A stretch of 64,000 nt of DNA from the human T2T-CHM13v2.0 reference genome, Homo sapiens. Positions 1 to 13,329 of this stretch are shown here, in pieces. The number at the start of each line of letters is the position of its first letter. Positions within the stretch are counted from its first letter, which is position 1. The notes under the pieces were generated by a model, which saw only the letters and a list, made by a program, of their open reading frames with translations, searched no databases and was not told the origin of the DNA. Location: assembly GCF_009914755.1 (NCBI RefSeq), contig NC_060939.1, one strand, 5' to 3'. A program made the position numbers and the translations under genes.

Positions 1-430
1 CAATACACTCACATACACACACTCACACCACATACACACAATACACTCACATGCACACTCTCAAACACTACACACACACACCACCCATACTGACACACAC
101 TACACTCACATAAACACACATCACATACACACAATACACTCACATGCACATACACATACTCTCAGACCCTCCACACACACTCACATCCACATACGCACCA
201 CACATGCTGACATATACACACAATACACTCACATACACACTCACACCACATACACACTCACATGCTCATATACGCACACATACTCTCAGACACTACACAC
301 ACATTCACACACTCACACTCTCACATACATCACACACACACACCACACACGCACATCACACACACCACATACATACACACACACCACACACACGCTCACT
401 CACACACTCTCACACACATACACACACACT
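1..430. repeat. Degenerate CA-rich low-complexity/minisatellite tract (truncated by window start)
   Basis: Almost G-free C/A/T sequence; the unit catacacacaatacactcacat recurs at about 31, 124 and 213. Confidence 0.9.
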
Positions 431-3332
431 TTCCCACTTCACTGCCCACTCCTTAGTGCTCTGCTGCCCAGTCCCCAGCATTCACTAGACCGTGCCCCTT
501 TCCGTGTGAGCCAGGCTTACCCTCAGGCTTTGATGGGTTTGCAGAAGAGAGTGGGGAATGTGCGTGCCCCTGTCCAGGGTCCCGGCCTCCTGACTGCCAA
601 GATTGATGCAGGGGTCCTTCAGGCCTCCTCAATGCCCCTCTCTTTCTCTGGTCCCTGTCACATCCCTCCCTCCCTCCCGGATTCCCTCCCACCCTCCGGA
701 TCCCCTCTTACCCTCCATGTCCCCCCTCCCCTGGGCTGGCTCCCCTCCTCTGCTTTCTGGCACACATGGGTGGGGAGGCTCAGAAGTGGTCCTTTGACCT
801 CTCCTCTCACACGATCCGGCTCCCCAGAGATCTCCTCCATGCCTACTGCATCTCTTCCACCTCCGGAGAAACCCTGTCTCCAATGTAAACCTCTTACCTG
901 AGGTCCACGCCACCTCAGAGCCATGAGACCAGAACTGTACCTGCTCCCGCCCCTGCCCCTACACCTGCTAGCCCTCTGTATGTCCAACCTGACTGATGGT
1001 CGCGCCCCTACTCCTTCTCCTGAGTCAGAAGCCTGACTAATCCTCGGGGTCCCCTTCCTCTCACTCCCCACCCACGCCCACCCTCTGGCCAATTGGTTAT
1101 TAAGGCCAGGCGACTTCTCTCCTACCTGCTGTAAGCGGCACTGCCCCTTTGTCTTGACTCAGGCCCCGGCCTCTCACTTGCACAGTTATCACAGCCTTCT
1201 CCACCTCACCCAGCCCCTGGAGGCTTCCACAACACCTTCTACCACATCACCCTCCCACTGTCAGGGCCCTCATCAGCCAGAAGCAGTCCAGACTGCTTAG
1301 CGGGGCGACTTCCTTGGCCCTCGGTTGCCCGCCCCGGACTTGTTTTGATAAGTGTGGGCATTTCTGGAGTAATCGCTGCATGGCAAGCCCTGGTCCAGGC
1401 CCCTGACACACACCCCTGAGGGGCCACACCACACCATGTTTAATGGTCCAGGTGCTGGCACCTGATTCCACCACCCCTAACTGTTAGAGGCTCCTGTGCA
1501 AGTTTCATAACCCTGCCAAGCCTCAATTCTTTCATCCACAAAATGGATGTAATATCTTCTTTGTGGGTATGTTCTGATGATTAAATGTGTTTTAAATGAG
1601 GCTCAGAGCCTGGCCTTAGTCGGCATCTGAGGGCAGCCATTACCACGATGATCTTGTTAACCGTGGCAGCAGTCCCTGAGGTAGGTCCTAGTGTCATATC
1701 CATGCGTAGGTGAGGACAGTGAGGCACTGTGGAGGTAAGTGACAGGTCACACAGCTGTGCATGGCAGAGCCAGAGTGAGGACTGAAGCCCATGTGGTCCA
1801 CCACCAACCTGTCCCCTGCCTTCCTCCATCACGGGCCTCACTGTCTGTCTGTGTAAGAGTTCCTCTTGTTGCCATGGTCTCCCTTCTCTGTATCCTCCCA
1901 TAGGCCATTCCCCAGAACTCCCTCTTCCCTTCCCTGCAGGCTGCACCACGGGAGCCTCAGGGGCCCCTGCCCTGTGCCCTTCCTCCAACCCCCAGACCTG
2001 GATATACCCCCCACCATGATTCTTCTGATCCCCAGCCTGCCAGCCATGCTGGCACACCTCCATTGCTGAGAACAACTCCGGAGCACAGAAGATGCTTCCA
2101 ATCTGTTTTTCTAGCCCATAGCCCAGTGCTTGATGTGGGGAAGTGTTCAGGAAACACGGAAGGAACATCTAGTCCACTGAGAGAGCCATTGATTCCATCT
2201 GGGACTCCCGGCTCCACCCTCTGCCCCTGCCTCCCTCCTCCCTCCCTGTCAAAGCCCTCAATCCCACCAGTGTAGCGCCCTCCTGCCACCTCCCAGGCTT
2301 CCAGGGGTTCCTCCCTCAGGCCATCCTGTGTGCTTTCACTAGGTTTTGGTCATCAGAATCCTTCAGTGGCTCCCTTAGTGCCTGAAAGAGGAAGTTTCCT
2401 TTCCTTAGCCTGCATCCAAAGCTGAAAGCCTCCCTGCCCTCAGGCTCTTGTCAGAATCCGGGATGACCTACCAGGCTTTGTTCCAAGATCAGCTCCTGTG
2501 CCTTGTGCTCCACCCATCCCGAAAGCCTGCCCCACACTGGAACCTGCCTCAGGCTCTGGTCTTTTGCTTCTGGCTGCGGTTCTGGGCAGGGTCAGAAGCT
2601 CCCTGGCTCTTGCATGGCCCACAGTTTGCCCCAGTTGGCATCTGCTGAGCGAATGCATCCCAGTCCAGCAGGGAACCCCCTCCCAGTATGGGGCCAGACA
2701 AAGGGCTTGCCTGTCCCTCTGGAGGCAGCTTCCCACTGAAATCTCGCGGGCTGCCTGCTGCAGCTGGGAGTATGGGACCAGGAGGCTTTGGTGTTCACCC
2801 TCTTTGCCTGTGTGGCCAGCTTTGCTAGATCCACCTGTCACTGGGATAAAAGACAGATCAACCTGTATGGCCCAAAGCCTTGTTCAGCCCTGAGCTAGGA
2901 CTCCACAATTCCTGATGTCTTTGGAATGACAGGTGACCTAGGCATGGCCATCAGGCCTTGGGCTGCCTCCCTTAGGGGAGACCTCAGGAGGTGAGGGTGC
3001 AGGTCCAGGCCCATCTCCCCAGCTGAAGCACACCTGGCCCCTTTGAAAAGGACAGTGATCTCCCCTGCTCTTCCAAATAAATGCTTCAGCAAAAAGGTCG
3101 CTAGAAGGTCCTTAAGCAACCCTTCTTTCACAAACTTCAAAACCTAAAACACAACGCAACACCCAACCTCTCAGCTGGTCTGTCTCCCAGCTGCTGCTAT
3201 GACATCCTCGTCTCAGCAAGGGCCCTCCCTCCAGCACTGATCTTTCTACCAGGAGCACCCATGTCCCTGGGCAGGTGAGATGTGCACACTCTGAGTAGAG
3301 CTCAGCTCGCTGGGTCTGTCGTCATGGACCAC

Positions 3333-3560
3333 AGCATGTGGCTAAAGCAGGGACTGTCACTAACCTGTCTGGGTTTGAAACCCATCTTTGTTAACTCTCT
3401 AGCTGCAGGACCCTGGGCGAGTGATTAAACCTCTCTATCCCTCTGCTTCCTATCTGTACAATGAGGATAAGTGCAGAGTTATGAAGGAGGATGGTTGAAG
3501 TATTATGTGAGGTCATACATGTAAAGCCCTTGGAGCAAAGCTGGGCTCACAGTAAATTCT
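3333..3560 (+). mobile_element. MIR SINE (degenerate)
   Basis: MIR core-like ctgggtttgaaaccc...gaccctgggcgagtgattaaacctctct...tctgtacaatgaggataa...catgtaaagccctt. Confidence 0.7.
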
Positions 3561-3751
3561 CAGGATGGGATTTGGGTGGGCAGAGAAGAGAGAGCAGGAC
3601 ATCCTAGAAGGGGGAATGGCACCAGCGAGGGCGCAGAGCCAGGACTGTGGGAATGATAAGGGCCAAGCCAGATGCTGGGGACAGTCTTTGCAAGGGGCCC
3701 ATGTGGTGCCAAGGCCTGGCTCCTCTCCCAAGGCTGGCTTTTCTTCCCCAG

Positions 3752-3878
3752 GCTCAGCCATTGCCTACTCTGCATACACGTTCCCGGATGCGCTCATGTG
3801 CACCACTTTCCATGACTACTACGTGGCCCTGGCTGTACTGAACACCATCCTCAGCACAGGCCTCTCCTGCTACTCCAG
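3752..3878 (+). CDS. PAQR5: PAQR5 (membrane progestin receptor gamma) internal coding exon, GSAIAYSAYTFPD...LSCYSR
   Basis: Polypyrimidine tract + cag acceptor at 3749-3751, donor gtactg at 3879; translation matches PAQR5 as recalled; phase joins next exon. Confidence 0.95.
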
Positions 3879-4106
3879 GTACTGGTCGCTCTGACCTCAG
3901 ATGGGAGGGGAGGGAGGGTCTTGCATGCAGCTCCCTGCACTCTTTGAGGGAGCCGGGGAAGAGGTGGGCTCAATGGAAAAGGTGCTTGGGAACCTAGGAC
4001 TCCGTTCCAGGTGGACTTCCTATGCTGGCAAAACCAGCTTCCTGGGCACGCAAGCTCCAGGCCTCCATGCTCAGAGAGTCTCATACTTGGTTTAATACTC
4101 TGCTGC

Positions 4107-4413
4107 CTTTTTTTGTTTTTGTTTTTGTTTTGAGACAAAGTCTCACTCTGTCACCCAGGCTGAAGTGTGATGGCACAATCTTGGCTCACTGCAACCTCCG
4201 CCTCCTGAGTTCAAGCGATTCTCCTGCCTCAGCGTCCCATGTAGCTGGGATTACAGGCACCCGCCATCACGCCCAGCTAATTTTTGTATTTTTAGTAGAG
4301 ACAGGGTTTCACCATGTTGGTCAGGCTGGTCTGGAACTCCTGACTGCAGGTAATCCACCCACCTTGGCCCTCCAAAGTATTGGGATTACAGGCGTGAGCC
4401 ATGGTGCCTGACC
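4107..4413 (-). mobile_element. Alu (AluS-type), full length
   Basis: Poly-T then gagac..agtctcactctgtcacccaggctg...gggattacaggcgtgagcc. Confidence 0.95.
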
Positions 4414-4415
4414 TG

Positions 4416-4550
4416 TTTTTTATTTATTTATTTATTTATTTATTTATTTTTTTTTTTTTTTTTTTTTTTGAGACAGGGTCTCTCTCTGTGGCCCAGGCTG
4501 GAATGCAGTGGTGCGATCTCAGCTCACTGTAGCCTCGCCTTCCTGGGCTC
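4416..4550 (-). mobile_element. 5'-truncated Alu right-arm fragment with (TTTA)n/T tail
   Basis: (ttta)n, T run, gagacagggtctctctctgtggcccaggctggaatgcagtgg. Confidence 0.85.
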
Positions 4551-5876
4551 GTCTGCTGCATTCTTAATAATTTGTAATAATTTTTGAACAGGGAGGTCCC
4601 TGCTCTTTGATTCGGTACAAGGCTTTACAAATTATGCAGCTGGTTCCATTTGCTGGACAAGTGGCTTATCCACCCTGAACTTCAGTTTGCTCATCTATAA
4701 AATGAGGCCATTACAAATACCCCTAAGACAAATGGAAGGATTACAGGTAATGTACCCAGGACACTTAGCACAAGCCTGGCACAGAGGAGATGTCCCATAA
4801 ATGTGTGGTCACTAATGGTGACTGGGTGTGTCTGCCTCTGGGCATATGTGATGGATGATGGTGTTATTCAAATGCCCTATGCATCCCTCATCAGTGAGTC
4901 AGGCCCAGCTTACGCGCTCTAATTCCCACTGTTTTTTTTTTTTTTCTTTCAAGAAAACTCATGGGGGTGTGAGTGCAGAGAATGTTGTTATGGGGATAAC
5001 TACACCCATTTATTCAGCTCTTTGTAGAAGTGAACTGCCTGAAAGTTCCTTTTCCCTAAAATACTCAGGAAATCTCCCAAATGGTTGTGTTGGGGTGACA
5101 GCCCTGGCTGAATAGGGCCAAGGCTGGTACTTTTGGGCTGGGGGCCTTTCGTGCTGGTCAGGAAAGGTAAGCTGGCAGGTACATCTGAGTTCTCTGTCCT
5201 CCCGCAATGGCAACTCCAGCGAGCCAGTGGAGTCTCCCTGCCTCCACTTGCCCCCCTCTCCCCAGGAAAAAACAGGCAGGTGAGATATGCCCCATCTGGT
5301 AACTTCTCCAGAATGATTTTGTCTCCAAATTCCTTTGGGTGACACTTGGGATGTGTGGGGCCAGCAAGTTTCACAAGGGAGAGCAGGCAAGTTTCACAAA
5401 CAGGACAAACCAGTTTTTTTGTTTCTGTTTTTTATTTTTAAATGGAAGGATAGATTCTGAAACAGCATTGGGAATACTTGTTCCAATTCGCCTTCCATTC
5501 ACCTGCGCTAAGGTGGGTTGGAAGTGTGGAGCTGCCTTCCATGGGAGTGAAAGTCTGTTTCTAGGAGTCCCTGCCGTGGATGAAGGGAGGTATAACAGAT
5601 ATAGAACAGTAATAACCCTGCGGAAACAAGTCCAGCAGAGATGAAGCAAGCCCCGGAGACCTGGGTGCATGGGCTTGTGGACTGGCCATGGTCCAGGAAC
5701 CTGGACAGTCTTGGACCTGGTCCTTGGACCAGTCACTGCCCCATCTGGTTCGCTCTCCTAGGGCTGTGTGGCTCTGGCGTTTGAAATTTAGGATTAGACA
5801 GGGAGAGTACCACAGGTTGAGGGGGCAGAGGAGGAAGAGAAGGCTTCGTGAGTGTGGAAGAAAGTCTCCAGAGTGA

Positions 5877-6203
<327 letters not shown>

Positions 6204-6239
6204 TCATAATTCAAATTCTTAGAACACTTGCTGGTTTTA

Positions 6240-6378
6240 ATTTATTTTTTTTGTTTTAAGTAGAGACAGGGTTTCGCCATGTTGGCCAGGCTGGTCTCGA
6301 GCTCCTGACCTCAGATGATCCACTCTCCTCAGCCTCCCAAAGTGCTGGTATTACAGGTGTGAGCCACCCTGCCCAGCC
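6240..6378 (-). mobile_element. Alu left-arm fragment
   Basis: gtagagacagggtttcgccatgttggccaggctggtctcga...gtgagccacc. Confidence 0.85.
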
Positions 6379-9300
6379 TAGATTACTTTCTTCTAGCCAG
6401 GAGTCTTCCCTGATGGTTCAGATATAACGGATGGGGTCTTTTGGATGTGGCATGCCTGGTGTCTTTGGAGGAACTTATCTGTCAGGGCAGCTTTGCCAGA
6501 CATCTCCTGGGTGCCTGAGTTTGGGGGCTTCTCCCTTTGCCAATGAAATGGGTTATTTATTTATGGAGTACATCTGTGCCTATTCCATCTATCCACCCAT
6601 CTACACACCCGCCCACCCATCTAACATTCCTTAAATGCCTGCCATACTCCAGGTACCACGTTAGGAGCTGAGGGTGCCAGAAGGATGCCCTTGCCTTCAG
6701 AGAGCACCCAGTGCCATAGGAGAGACAGACTGCAGATGCCCCCAGAGGTCCATGAGGCCATGATTTCCGTTAGAGTGTAGCAGGAGGGAGTGTAATGTAA
6801 ACAAATAATGATAAGGCAGAATGACACCTGCCGGTATACACAGGGTTCTGAGAAGTGGCTTTAGGACTGGATATTGAAGGAGGTAGAACACTTTAGCTGA
6901 AGAGGAGGACATAGCAACCAGCCAGGACAAGGATGAGGACTACAGAGAGGGTGGGCCAGGGTGGGGAAGCAGCAAGGTGTGTTAGAGCTGCCAGAGTCTG
7001 CAAGAGTAGATGGAGGAGAGCAGCTACAGAGGGGCTTGGATGGTGGGCTGGGGGCCTGTGGGTCCTATGAGGACTGGCCCTTTGCTCATGAAGGATGAGA
7101 ATCTCTTAGGGAAAAAAAAAAATCCTACGCACTCAGCTTCCATGCCCTGAGGGGTTTCCAGGCATATTAGCAGCAACTGAAGTGGGAGCTGAGGGGAGAG
7201 GGAGGTGAGGGGCTATGTTGGAATCAAAAAGGAGGAAGGGGGCACATGCCACACTCTTGCACCCAAAGGTAGAGTGGGCATTCCAGCTGTGGCCCTTCCA
7301 GTGCCCTTTGTACCTCGTCCTCGCTCCACGTTCCCTGACCCATGGTTTTGCTGCTCTTACAAGGCCTGTCCTCCCCTCTCTTCATTCCCTGTCTCTGCCT
7401 TTGGTGTCTGGAGAGTGAGAAAGCTGACTCGTGTGCAGAAGTGATGCTGGCCCTGAGTAATTTCAGAAGAAGTGGGTAGAGAGGAGGGTGTGGGTATCTG
7501 GAGGCCTGAATTTCAACCCTGCTCCCCCAGACTTGCTGTATGGCCTCAGGGTCTACGTCTTCAATGAGGGCATCTGAGACAATACCCTCTGGGTCCTCTC
7601 TGGTTTGGGCATCGTGCAATGTCGATGCCTTAGTGTCTTCTCCAAGCTTCCTTTCCCAGCTGTCTTCCTCCCCCAGGCTCCACCCCTGCCTCTCCCTCCT
7701 GCTCCATCCGGCTGCAGTTGGGCAGGAGCGGGAGAGAACCACCTTCCCCTCCAGGGAGGGGAAGACCTCCTGGGGGAGACCAGGAACCTCAGTATTTGCT
7801 TGACAGTTATCTGATGCTTGCCCGAAAATCAGGGTTGAAATGGCATTCGTTCCATTACAAGGCAGACCATTAAGGCCAATCTCAACATAGAGAGCTTTGT
7901 CGTCCCCTGAGTGGTTTTTGGTTCTTATTGTCATGGACTTTGGTTCAAATGAAAATGTTCCAGAAAACTGCCTTCTCATTCTGTAGCATTTGAGAGGGGA
8001 AATGAGAGAATGCGTGCCCTCTTCGTGGTTCTTGGAGCAAGGTGGGGGTGGCCGAGGCCCTGGCCTGCTCATGCCTGCACAGGAAACGGCTGCCACTCCC
8101 TTCAGGAATGTCAGTTACACAGCAAGTACTGTATGGACAAATCACTGTCCATCTCCTTCCAGTGCATCCAACCATTGATTGTTTTTTTTTTGTTTTTTGT
8201 TTTTTTTTTTTCAAAGAGCTGCTGAGTGAAAAACCTCCTGGTCAGAGCAGTGAGGGCGAGAGATTAATTTTCACCCATGAGCTCTGCTCTAAGGACAGCT
8301 TGGCAGTTGCTGAGGCAGTTCAGAGGGGTGGAGCTGACCTGGAAGGGGTTTGAGGTCAGCGCTGGAGGTAGAAGGCTCAGCAGACATGGTTCTCAGACAG
8401 AGGCTTGGCCAGAGGATAAAGTGCTGCTATAGCCAGTTAGGGGCATGGGGAAATGTCTACATCCCTGCAGTTCTCCAAAATAAGACAACTCCTACACAAT
8501 AAAACAACCATAACTACCGCCCCCATGTACACACACACGTGCACTCGTGCGTGCGCCTCTGCAATAGAATGATTTTTCCAAAGGCCCGCTAGTTTCAAGC
8601 CCTAGTTCCGGAATTCCAGTTGCCAATCCTTCCAGCTTTTTTGTCAGATTGTGTTGAATCGACCCTTTCTTAACGAAGGCTTCTCCCGTAACCCAGTGTG
8701 TCCTGCCAACCTCGTTCTGAGCAGAGACCTCACTTCCTCTATAGCAGCCCCTTAGCCCTCTGGTGCGGGACTGCCCTAAGCCCGAGCAGGCTGGGCTGTG
8801 GGGCCGCACGTGGGGCGCCTCTGAGGATGCTGCGGCTGTGGTTCTGCTCTGGCTGTGGCGACATCGCGTGGCCTAATGCGGAACTGCAACTTGGTAGCGG
8901 ACGGCCCCTCTCCCGAGCTACTGGCCCTTCTGCCTTTTTCTCTCTGTTGCTGTCTCTCTTCTCTTCTGCTTTTTCTCCTTCTCTTTTCCCTCTAGACCCG
9001 GCTTTGCAGCTGGAGAGGCTGGTCCGTTTGCCCCTGGGGAAACACTTTATCAGGCCGAGCGAAATGTTGTCTCAAGTCACAGAAAATCCATGCTTTGGGG
9101 GATGGCCTTCGCCAGCCACAGCCAGATTTCTTCGCGTGTAAGTGGCCACAGGGGCCCTTTAAGAGCGAGCCTCTCAACCTGGAGACGGCAGGCGGTGGCA
9201 GGGCACAGGGCAGGAGGGGGCGGCCTGCCGCGGCAGGGCAGGGTCTGCCGGAGGACTAAGAAGGCCGGTGAGGCAGATACCTGGCTCTCGGGATAGCAGG

Positions 9301-11544
9301 AGTGTGTGCCCTCTGCTCCAGGGGCAGAGCGGGCAGGGAAGGGTGAAGGCCGGGCGGGGTCTGAGTCTGCGCAGCCTACTGCCTGAGACAGAGGGGGTGA
9401 CACTTGGGGGCCAGAAAGCCCAGGGTTTAAATCCTAGCTCTGCTTCTTATTGGCTCATCTGACTTCAGGCAAATCACCCAGAACCTATTTGTTCCCTCCT
9501 GTTCCTATTATCTGGACCAACATAGATACAAGGTGGGGATGGGGAGAGAATGGAGCTCCACGATGCATGTGTTTTTAAAAGCTGCTGTTTAGTCTGTGCG
9601 ACTGTGCCATGCACAGTTCTAAACACCTCGGGAGCATCGTTTCATCAAATCCATACAACGAGGCTGTGACAAGGCACAGTCATTGTCCCTGTGTTACACA
9701 TGAGGATCAGGAGGTACACAAAGGTTAGTGACCTGCCGAGGTCACGTGGTTGTGAAGGGCAGGGTCAGGATTTGAACCCAGTGTGTCCCAATCAAGCTCT
9801 CCACATAAAATCACAGTGCTGCGCTGCCTCACCTCTCCGGGAGTTTGGTTCTTTTTCGGGGGGGATGATGCATCCTAGTTCCTTCTCCTTGAGCTTCTCA
9901 CCTGGTACATGCCATGTACCATGTATGACTTACAGGCAGGGTCAGGAAAGAAGAAACACGAAAGTGGGCTGGAGTGAAGTTGGGGTTTGTCTTGGGAGGC
10001 TGTGGGGCTTCTCCGGGCACACAGTGGTGTCCCTTTCTCCTGAAACAGGAATCTCCGGGTGGGCCATTTGTGCTCGGTTGCCCTGAGGACTGAGTGGAGC
10101 ACAATAGCCTGGAGAATGTCCGCATCCTCAGACCTGCTTCTGTGCTGGGTCCCCAGGATCCAGGCCTGACCAGATCTGGCACCTGCCTGAGGAGGGTTCC
10201 CTAACTGCCCAATGTGGAAGTCCCTGCATACTCCATGCTGAGAGATACAGGCAGCAGCTGGGTTTATGGTCAGGTGGCTTTACTGGCTCATACGAGATAT
10301 GAACAGCCTGGCCAGGTGAAATCGGTCTGGGCTCAGAGGAAACAGCAGATGGCATTTGAAGGAGAAGGAACAGGCTTGTGGACTGGGACCGAGGTTCTTG
10401 GGAGCAGAGATAGGAGCCACAGCAGGACACAGACCCCATCCCTCCAGTGTGATAGGGGGCAGAACTGTCAGCAAAGGCTGAAAGGGCCCAGATGCATGCA
10501 TTGCCTTTACAGACTGCATCAGAACAGCCATCCCAAGAGCCTCAGCGTGTGGCTGTGCATCCACTGTGCTGGGTTCCTTACCCTGCAGCCCTGTGGGCCC
10601 CAAGGGAGGACACAGCCCTCCACAGTACACCTCAGCATTGATGTGGGGACTTTACCTGTCCCTACTACCTGGCCTTGGTGGCCCAGCCAGGGCCCATGAG
10701 CACTTCCTTACCCAGGCCTCAGTTCAGGGCTGTGATTTTGTGCAGAGACCCTCCCTGCCCCTCCCCATGTCCTCCCAGTGTGCAGCCTGCTGTCTGTGCT
10801 ACCCAGTTCCCCATACCCTGAGCTGCTGCCCCAGGCTGGGCCCAAGTCAGCTGAGGCCCTGTCATGTTCTGTCTGGGGGGACCTGCCTCTCTTCTCAACA
10901 ATCAGCATCACTTGTTTTAATGTTGCTGTCAGCTGTCTTTGGATTGGAGGTTGGGTGAGGGTGGCAATGAAGAAGAGAAGGAAAGACTTCACGTTTATTT
11001 AGTTTTCCCAAGCCAAGTATCCCTGTGTGTGGTATAAATATTCCAGAAAGCTCTCCAAGGGTCAAACACCTACTTGAACCCAGGTCTCCTGCATGATAAT
11101 ACCTGGGCTCCAACTAGATGGGTGCATCTCAGCCTCTGCAGAGTGTGCCCCCCAAGAGTCTGTGGCAGTGGATCCCCCGATTCCCCCTACCCGTTCCCTG
11201 TCCCTGTAGCAACTAGAGTTTTAAAAGGTTCTTTGGCAGTTACATAACTTGGCCCTTGAAGGGTTTCTGCCCAGCGCCTCCTTTCTGGCTTAGTCTGGAC
11301 ACCACTGCTTCCCATGGTCAGGAGATGGTGTCCCTGGAGATCTTTTTGCATCTGAAGTTTTGTCACTTCCATTGGGGTGGGAGGAATGGACGAGGCTGGT
11401 GGAGAAGCTGCTGGCCACAGGAGCTTGTAGAAAAATGCTTGTCCTCTGTTGATGACCAGGCCCTCGGTGTGCATGCATGTGCGTATGCAATTTGCTGAGA
11501 CTCTTTTCATTCCATTTCCTCCCCACTTTCCTTCCCTGATTTAG

Positions 11545-11641
11545 GTTTCTTGAAATCCAGAAGCCCAGACTCTGTAAGGTGATTCGTGTCCTCGCCTTTG
11601 CTTATCCGTACACCTGGGACTCCCTCCCCATCTTCTACAGG
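11545..11641 (+). CDS. PAQR5: PAQR5 coding exon, FLEIQKPRLCK...SLPIFYR
   Basis: tag acceptor 11542-11544, donor gtaagg at 11642; 97 nt, phase consistent. Confidence 0.95.
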
Positions 11642-11768
11642 GTAAGGACTGGCTGCATCTCCTCTCTGCCTGTTGGCAACACCAGGAAGTCAGTTGTTTT
11701 CCTGAGCTTCTGGGGGGTCACAGCACTGCAATGGGAACCGCAGAACAAAACAGGAGTCGAGACCCAGG

Positions 11769-11939
11769 TGAAGGGGGCCAGCCCCTCCACACCTGTGGGT
11801 ATTTCTCGTCAGGTGGGACGAGAGACTGAGAAAATAAATAAGAAGATTTTTCTTAGTACAGATCAAAATGGAGTTTCTTATGTCTTCCTTTTTCTACATA
11901 GACACAGTAACAGTCTGATATATCTTTCTTTCCCCCACA
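11769..11939 (-). mobile_element. HERV-K (HML-2) LTR5-type solo LTR with large internal deletion; 6-bp TSD cccagg
   Basis: Minus strand starts tgtgggggaaagaaag...cagactgttactgtgtct (LTR5 5' end) and ends cccacaggtgtggaggggctggcccccttca (LTR5 3' end); cccagg at 11763-11768 and 11940-11945. Confidence 0.85.
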
Positions 11940-13329
11940 CCCAGGTGCTGCCTTGGTGGCACTTGAGGAGTGGTTAGGAGATGACATAAGCACAGAGGCC
12001 CTGACTGACAATATGACTGGGGGCTCGGGAACGTCATAGAACAGGCAGCCTGGGGCTGAGTGGAGTGAGCAGGAGAGCGAGCTCTGCAGGCAGGTCTCCA
12101 ATACTTGCTGTCAGTCCCTGGGCCAGTTCTCTATGCCTCGATTTCCTTCATCTGTAAGCTGGGCCTGATAACACCTCATGGGCTGTGGGGAGGATTACAC
12201 GGGGAACATGTCAAGTGCTGACTGGTAGCAAGAGTTCGGGAATGCATTGTTCCATCATCAAGTAGTATACTGTTAGTATTGAAGGAAAAGGCATGAATGA
12301 GGGTCTTAAAGGAGCGATGGGAAAGAGATGGAGAGCATAAAGGAAGAGAGTGTAGGAGGGACAACAAGTAGGACTAGAAGGGGAAAGTCCACGCACTTTC
12401 AAACCATACGGGCTTGAGTTCAAATTCTGGCCCCACTGCTCACTGGCTATGTGACCTCAGGCAGGACACACAACTCTCTAAGCCTCAGATTAGTTTCCTC
12501 ATCTGTACATAAGGGTACTAGGCCTCCTTTGTAGGGGAAAACAATGGATCTGATAGGCTCTGCGGTGCCTGTCCAGTACCCGGTGAGTGAAGCTCCCTCC
12601 TAGAGGCAGCGTCCTGTGGGCTTGAAGAATAAAGCCCAGATGGCAGGGCTGAGGGACAAGGGGAGGGGCTGAGCTCCACCCAGCAGCTGGGGCATTGAGC
12701 ACGTTCTCTGTGCTCTGCCTCTGTGGGTCTGGGAGAGCGCCAAAGATGGGGCTGCAGCCCGTTCCCCTCACTCCTTCCTCAAGGGCGCAGACCACACACA
12801 GGAAACCAAGAGCAGACAGAGCAATTCTGTCCCATGTACCTCCAAATCAGGCAGTGCAAGTCCTGTGTTGTGACAAGCATCGTGTGCTTCTGGCATGTGG
12901 CTGAGTCAGAGGAGGGCAGAGGGAAGGGGAGGTCCAGTTCTAAGTGGTGATGTTGATGCTGGAATCAGCCTGCCTGGATTCAGATCCTGACTTCACTTCT
13001 CACTAAGTGATGTGCAAGTCACTCTCTGGCCCACCTTCCTCACCTGCAAAATGGGGAAGATAGAGTCTGCCTTATGATAATTGTGGCTCAGGTGAAATGA
13101 TGCATGTAAGAGGCCTGGCCTGCTGCCCTCGGTAAGTGGTGGCTACTATGACTTTATAACAATAATACAAAAACTGTACTTAGCTCTGAAACAGTATAGT
13201 GGCCATCATTGATACTTTTGGATGACTCAGAAGGCCTTCCAGGGATTTCTAGGCCTTAAAGCCTTAATTAGGAGCACCAGTTCAGTGGATGTGCTGATAA
13301 AAAGTGAGTTCCAGTGTGAATCCACTAAA

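Noticed and set aside
144-488. His/Thr-rich 114-aa ORF
   Set aside because: Translation artefact of the CA-rich repeat.
4022-4411. Many 60-130-aa ORFs with 'LSPRLECSG...[10 protein letters not shown]' peptides (also ~16366, 30713, 50786, 52884)
   Set aside because: Alu-derived reading frames, not genes.
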